From: Acidobacteriota bacterium
Lineage (GTDB): Bacteria > Acidobacteriota > UBA6911 > JACQSX01
DNA length: 18,994 nt
Assembly (NCBI GenBank): GCA_036507075.1
Contig: DASXQR010000091.1
Span: forward strand, 1-18,994
Direction: 5' to 3'
Part shown: piece by piece, positions 16,093-18,994 of the stretch
How positions within the stretch are numbered: the first letter of the stretch is position 1
How the letters are laid out: every line of letters starts with the position of its first letter
Notes under the pieces: model-generated
Seen by the model: only the letters and a program-made list of their open reading frames with translations
Told to the model about the DNA's origin: nothing
Databases searched by the model: none
Translations under genes and position numbers: made by a program

Positions 16093-18108
16093 TCATGCCG
16101 CATGCTTCTGCGCCTGGCGCACCGTTTTTGCCAGCGCTTTTCGCTGCCGGTTGGGCAGCATTACAAACAGCGTTCCGAGCACCATTACAAAACCGCCGAA
16201 CCAGATCCAACCCACCAGCGGCTTGATGTACATCTTAAAAGTGGCGGTCTGTTTACTATCCCAGCCCACAAGCACGATGTAAAAATCCTCATCAAACTGG
16301 GACATGATGTCCACTTCCGTCTGCGGCTGGTCGCTCTTGAAATGGAAGTGCTTCTCGGGCCGCATGGTGGCCAGCTTTTTTCCGTTCCGGTAAAGATCCA
16401 CGCGCGCCAGGGTAACCTCCTTGTTCACTTCCCGCCTCTGGCCGAAACTGCGATAGGTGAACGTATAGTGCTTCAACCGGCCCGTTTCTCCTGGTTTCAA
16501 GACGAAATCCTGTTCCATACCAAAAAATGAAGATGCGATTATTCCGATGAAAACAATCACCACGCCCGTGTGCACGATGAATCCGCCGTAACGGCGTTTG
16601 TTACTGGTGACCAGCATATACAGGGCCCTGTAGAACGGCTCGTCCTGATCGCTTTCGATCTTTCCCGCCTGGCGCGCGCGCGCTCCCTTCCAGAATTCCC
16701 AAACCACGGTGGCCATGACGAAGGCGCAACCTGCAAAATAAGCCACCGGCACAAACTTCCGGATTCCCAGCGCCATCACCACCGGCACCGCCAGCAATCC
16801 GGTGATCAACGGGTAAAGAAAGTTGCGCTGAAAGTTCTTTACGCTTGCCTTGCGCCACGCAATCAGGGGGCACACCCCGGTGAGCACCAGCAGGGCAAAC
16901 GCCAGCGGCAGGTTGACGTTATTGAAAAACGGCAGCGAGACGGATACCTTCACACCGCGCACCGCCTCTGAAACGATGGGAAATACGGTCCCCCAAAAAA
17001 CGGCAAAGGCGATTCCCAGAAAGAGCAGGTTGTTGAACAGAAATGAACTTTCACGCGAGAAGAAGGCGGCAACACGCTCTTCAGGCTCAAGCTGTCTGTT
17101 CTGAAGCCTGCGAAAGAGAAAGAACAACGAAATGGCAAGGGAGATTCCCAGGAATACAACAAAGAAGCTCCCGATCCCCGACTGCGTGAAGGAGTGCACC
17201 GACGACACCACACCGCTGCGGGTCAGGAAGGTTCCGAAAATGCACATTTCGAAGGTCATGATGATCAACGAAAGGTTCCAGACCTTCAACATTCCCTTCT
17301 TCTCCTGAATCATCACCGAGTGAAGAAAGGCGGTGCCCAACAGCCAGGGCATGAAACTGGCGTTCTCCACCGGATCCCAGGCCCAGTAGCCTCCCCAGCC
17401 CAGTTCCAGATAGGCCCAGTGGGCGCCCATGAATATCCCGATGGTCAGAAACATCCACGCAACCAGCGTCCAGCGGCGCGTAGTCTTGATCCAGACCGGG
17501 TTGAGATTGTTGCTGATCAGTGCTGCCATGCCGAAAGCGTAGGGGACGGTGAAACCGACAAGGCCCATGTAAAGATGAGGCGGGTGGATGACCATCCAGT
17601 AATTCTGCAGCAAGGGATTCAGACCCGTGCCATCGGGAGGACGGGGCAAGCCCATCGATTGGAAAGTCTGAAAGGGAGGAGTGACAAAGGTCAGCAGGCT
17701 AAGAAAGAAGAGCATCACTCCTGACAGCACGCTGCAGACGTAAGGCATCAGTTCCCGGTTCTTGGTCTGGTTCTGAAAAACCGCAACCACCGAGTAGACC
17801 GACAGAATCAGAGTCCAGAAAAGCAGTGATCCCTTCTGACCGCCCCAGAATGACGTGATCCGGTAATGCATCGGCAGATCGAGGCTGGTATAGCTGGCTA
17901 CATACTCGTTGTTAAAATCACCGTGTACCAGCAGTGAGACCAGGGATGCGGAGGCGAGGGCAATCAGCAGAAAAGCGCCGATAACGGCGTTCTCGGCGCT
18001 CTGCGCGAGGGCGGCATTTGATTTCCGTCCGGCCACCGCGCCTGCAACCAGACCGTAAGCCGTTACCACGAAGGCCGCCGTCAGGCAGTAAAAACCAAAC
18101 TCATTCAT
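16093..18108 (-). CDS. ccmF: Cytochrome c heme lyase CcmF
   Basis: WGGQKGSLLFW, GLNPLLQNYWMVIHPP, WAYLELGWGGYWAWDPVENASFMPWL, FLHS, LTRSGVVSSVHSF, SRES, GGFIVHTG. ATG 18108 is preferred to TTG 18117. Confidence 0.96.
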   Translation of the reverse strand: MNEFGFYCLTAAFVVTAYGLVAGAVAGRKSNAALAQSAENAVIGAFLLIALASASLVSLLVHGDFNNEYVASYTSLDLPMHYRITSFWGGQKGSLLFWTLILSVYSVVAVFQNQTKNRELMPYVCSVLSGVMLFFLSLLTFVTPPFQTFQSMGLPRPPDGTGLNPLLQNYWMVIHPPHLYMGLVGFTVPYAFGMAALISNNLNPVWIKTTRRWTLVAWMFLTIGIFMGAHWAYLELGWGGYWAWDPVENASFMPWLLGTAFLHSVMIQEKKGMLKVWNLSLIIMTFEMCIFGTFLTRSGVVSSVHSFTQSGIGSFFVVFLGISLAISLFFLFRRLQNRQLEPEERVAAFFSRESSFLFNNLLFLGIAFAVFWGTVFPIVSEAVRGVKVSVSLPFFNNVNLPLAFALLVLTGVCPLIAWRKASVKNFQRNFLYPLITGLLAVPVVMALGIRKFVPVAYFAGCAFVMATVVWEFWKGARARQAGKIESDQDEPFYRALYMLVTSNKRRYGGFIVHTGVVIVFIGIIASSFFGMEQDFVLKPGETGRLKHYTFTYRSFGQRREVNKEVTLARVDLYRNGKKLATMRPEKHFHFKSDQPQTEVDIMSQFDEDFYIVLVGWDSKQTATFKMYIKPLVGWIWFGGFVMVLGTLFVMLPNRQRKALAKTVRQAQKHAA

Positions 18109-18130
18109 GAATGACAACCTGTAAAAAAAT

Positions 18131-18188
18131 TCACCACAAAGGCACGAAGAACACTAGGAATCTTTGTGTCTTTGTGCCTTTGTGGTGA
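18131..18188. repeat. Intergenic hairpin with CACAAAG(G/A) units between ccmE and ccmF
   Basis: TCACCACAAAGGCAC (18131-18145) and GTGCCTTTGTGGTGA (18174-18188) form a perfect 15-bp inverted repeat flanked by A and T runs. Confidence 0.85.
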
Positions 18189-18243
18189 TTTTTCCACAAC
18201 TGCAACGTTGGGGCGGCCCTGATAGCGATGATTCTCAAAAATC

Positions 18244-18708
18244 CTACTTCACCGGCTCAGACTTGAAATTGGTTTGCATGCCATACTTCTTCTGGTGCTC
18301 CCGGCCGACTTCGGTGTTGTACTGGCTTTCGTATTTGGACGGGCACTTGGCCATGAGCGTGTGAGCCCTGAACAAACCGCGATCCGGCGTCATCCTGCCT
18401 TCAAGAACCACTTCCGAGTTGTCCTTGAAAGTGTCGGGAACCACTCCCGTGTACCGAACCGGCAGAGTTGCTCCTCCCTCAGCCATGACAAAGTCGACTG
18501 TCATCGTGCTGGGGTCCTTCCGGATGGTTCCTGGGACCACTCTGGCCGCGACGCGCACATCCTCGGTTGGAGAACCGGGCTTTGCCATCAATTCAGACAG
18601 CTTAAAATAATAAACGGTCGCTTGCGTGCTCCCGGTGAACATCAGATAGGCGATACCCACGACGATAACCGAGGCAGCAACCATCAGTTTCAGTCGCCCT
18701 TTCCCCAC
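18244..18708 (-). CDS. ccmE: Heme chaperone CcmE, CxxxY variant
   Basis: AAGGAG SD plus GTG start; N-terminal TM; VRYTGVVPDTFK, VVLEG, LMAKCPSKY (Cys in place of His). Confidence 0.93.
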   Translation of the reverse strand: MGKGRLKLMVAASVIVVGIAYLMFTGSTQATVYYFKLSELMAKPGSPTEDVRVAARVVPGTIRKDPSTMTVDFVMAEGGATLPVRYTGVVPDTFKDNSEVVLEGRMTPDRGLFRAHTLMAKCPSKYESQYNTEVGREHQKKYGMQTNFKSEPVK

Positions 18709-18769
18709 TTAAGTCTCCTTTGTGCAGCAGGATAACAAGTAATTCTAACAGACCGGACGCGGTTAGACA

Positions 18770-18994
18770 AGGGATGGAGGGATGGAGGGATGGAGGGACG
18801 GAGAGAGGGAGGGATTGAGGGACGGAGAGAGGGAGGGATTGAGGGACGGAGGAATGGAGGGATGGAGGGATTGAGAGACAGAGGGACGGAGGGATTGAGA
18901 GACGGAGGGAAAGAGAGGTGAAGAGAAAAGCATTCGCGTCCCTCCATCTCCCCTCCATCTCTCTATCCCTCTATCTCTCCATCCCTCCATCCCT
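18770..18994. repeat. Purine-rich 8-nt (GGGATGGA-type) tandem array followed by its pyrimidine-rich inverse, truncated at the window end
   Basis: GGGATGGA x3, then GGGACGGA/GGGATTGA variants to about 18910; TCCCTCCATC... units from about 18939 to the end. Confidence 0.9.

Noticed and set aside
15957..16226. ORFs with RIPHSAF / RNAECGM peptide repeats (15957..16226 +, 15968..16210 -, also 15723..15956 +)
   Set aside because: These are translation artefacts of the 7-nt tandem array and overlap ccmF or ccmH.
18602..18990. Ser/Pro/Leu-rich ORFs on the - strand
   Set aside because: They are products of the stop-poor octamer repeat, with no domain or credible start.

Overview
This is a GC-rich bacterial chromosomal window whose gene content suggests Acidobacteriota. 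On the + strand are greA, a Hanks-type Ser/Thr kinase with a TolB/PD40 beta-propeller, a small lipoprotein, an Oar/Cna-B-type TonB-dependent-receptor-like barrel, and two VWA-domain proteins. On the - strand are a small secreted protein and a cytochrome c maturation operon (ccmE-F-H-[ccmI-like]-A-B-C-D) followed by an MBL-fold/rhodanese gene. The most unusual signal is non-coding. Most of the larger intergenic gaps hold long inverted repeats or arrays built from 7-10 nt tandem units, with a different unit at each site. Four of them share an (A/C)ACCRC(A/C)RAG head. Two are additionally bracketed by the same CCCGGATTATTCA terminal inverted repeat, one with a TAAG target-site duplication, as in a MITE. 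Protein-level oddities are a CxxxY-type CcmE paired with a five-cysteine CcmH, and a TonB-receptor-like barrel whose plug appears replaced by a Gly/Met/Pro-rich low-complexity segment. All calls come from reading motifs by eye; no database search was run.
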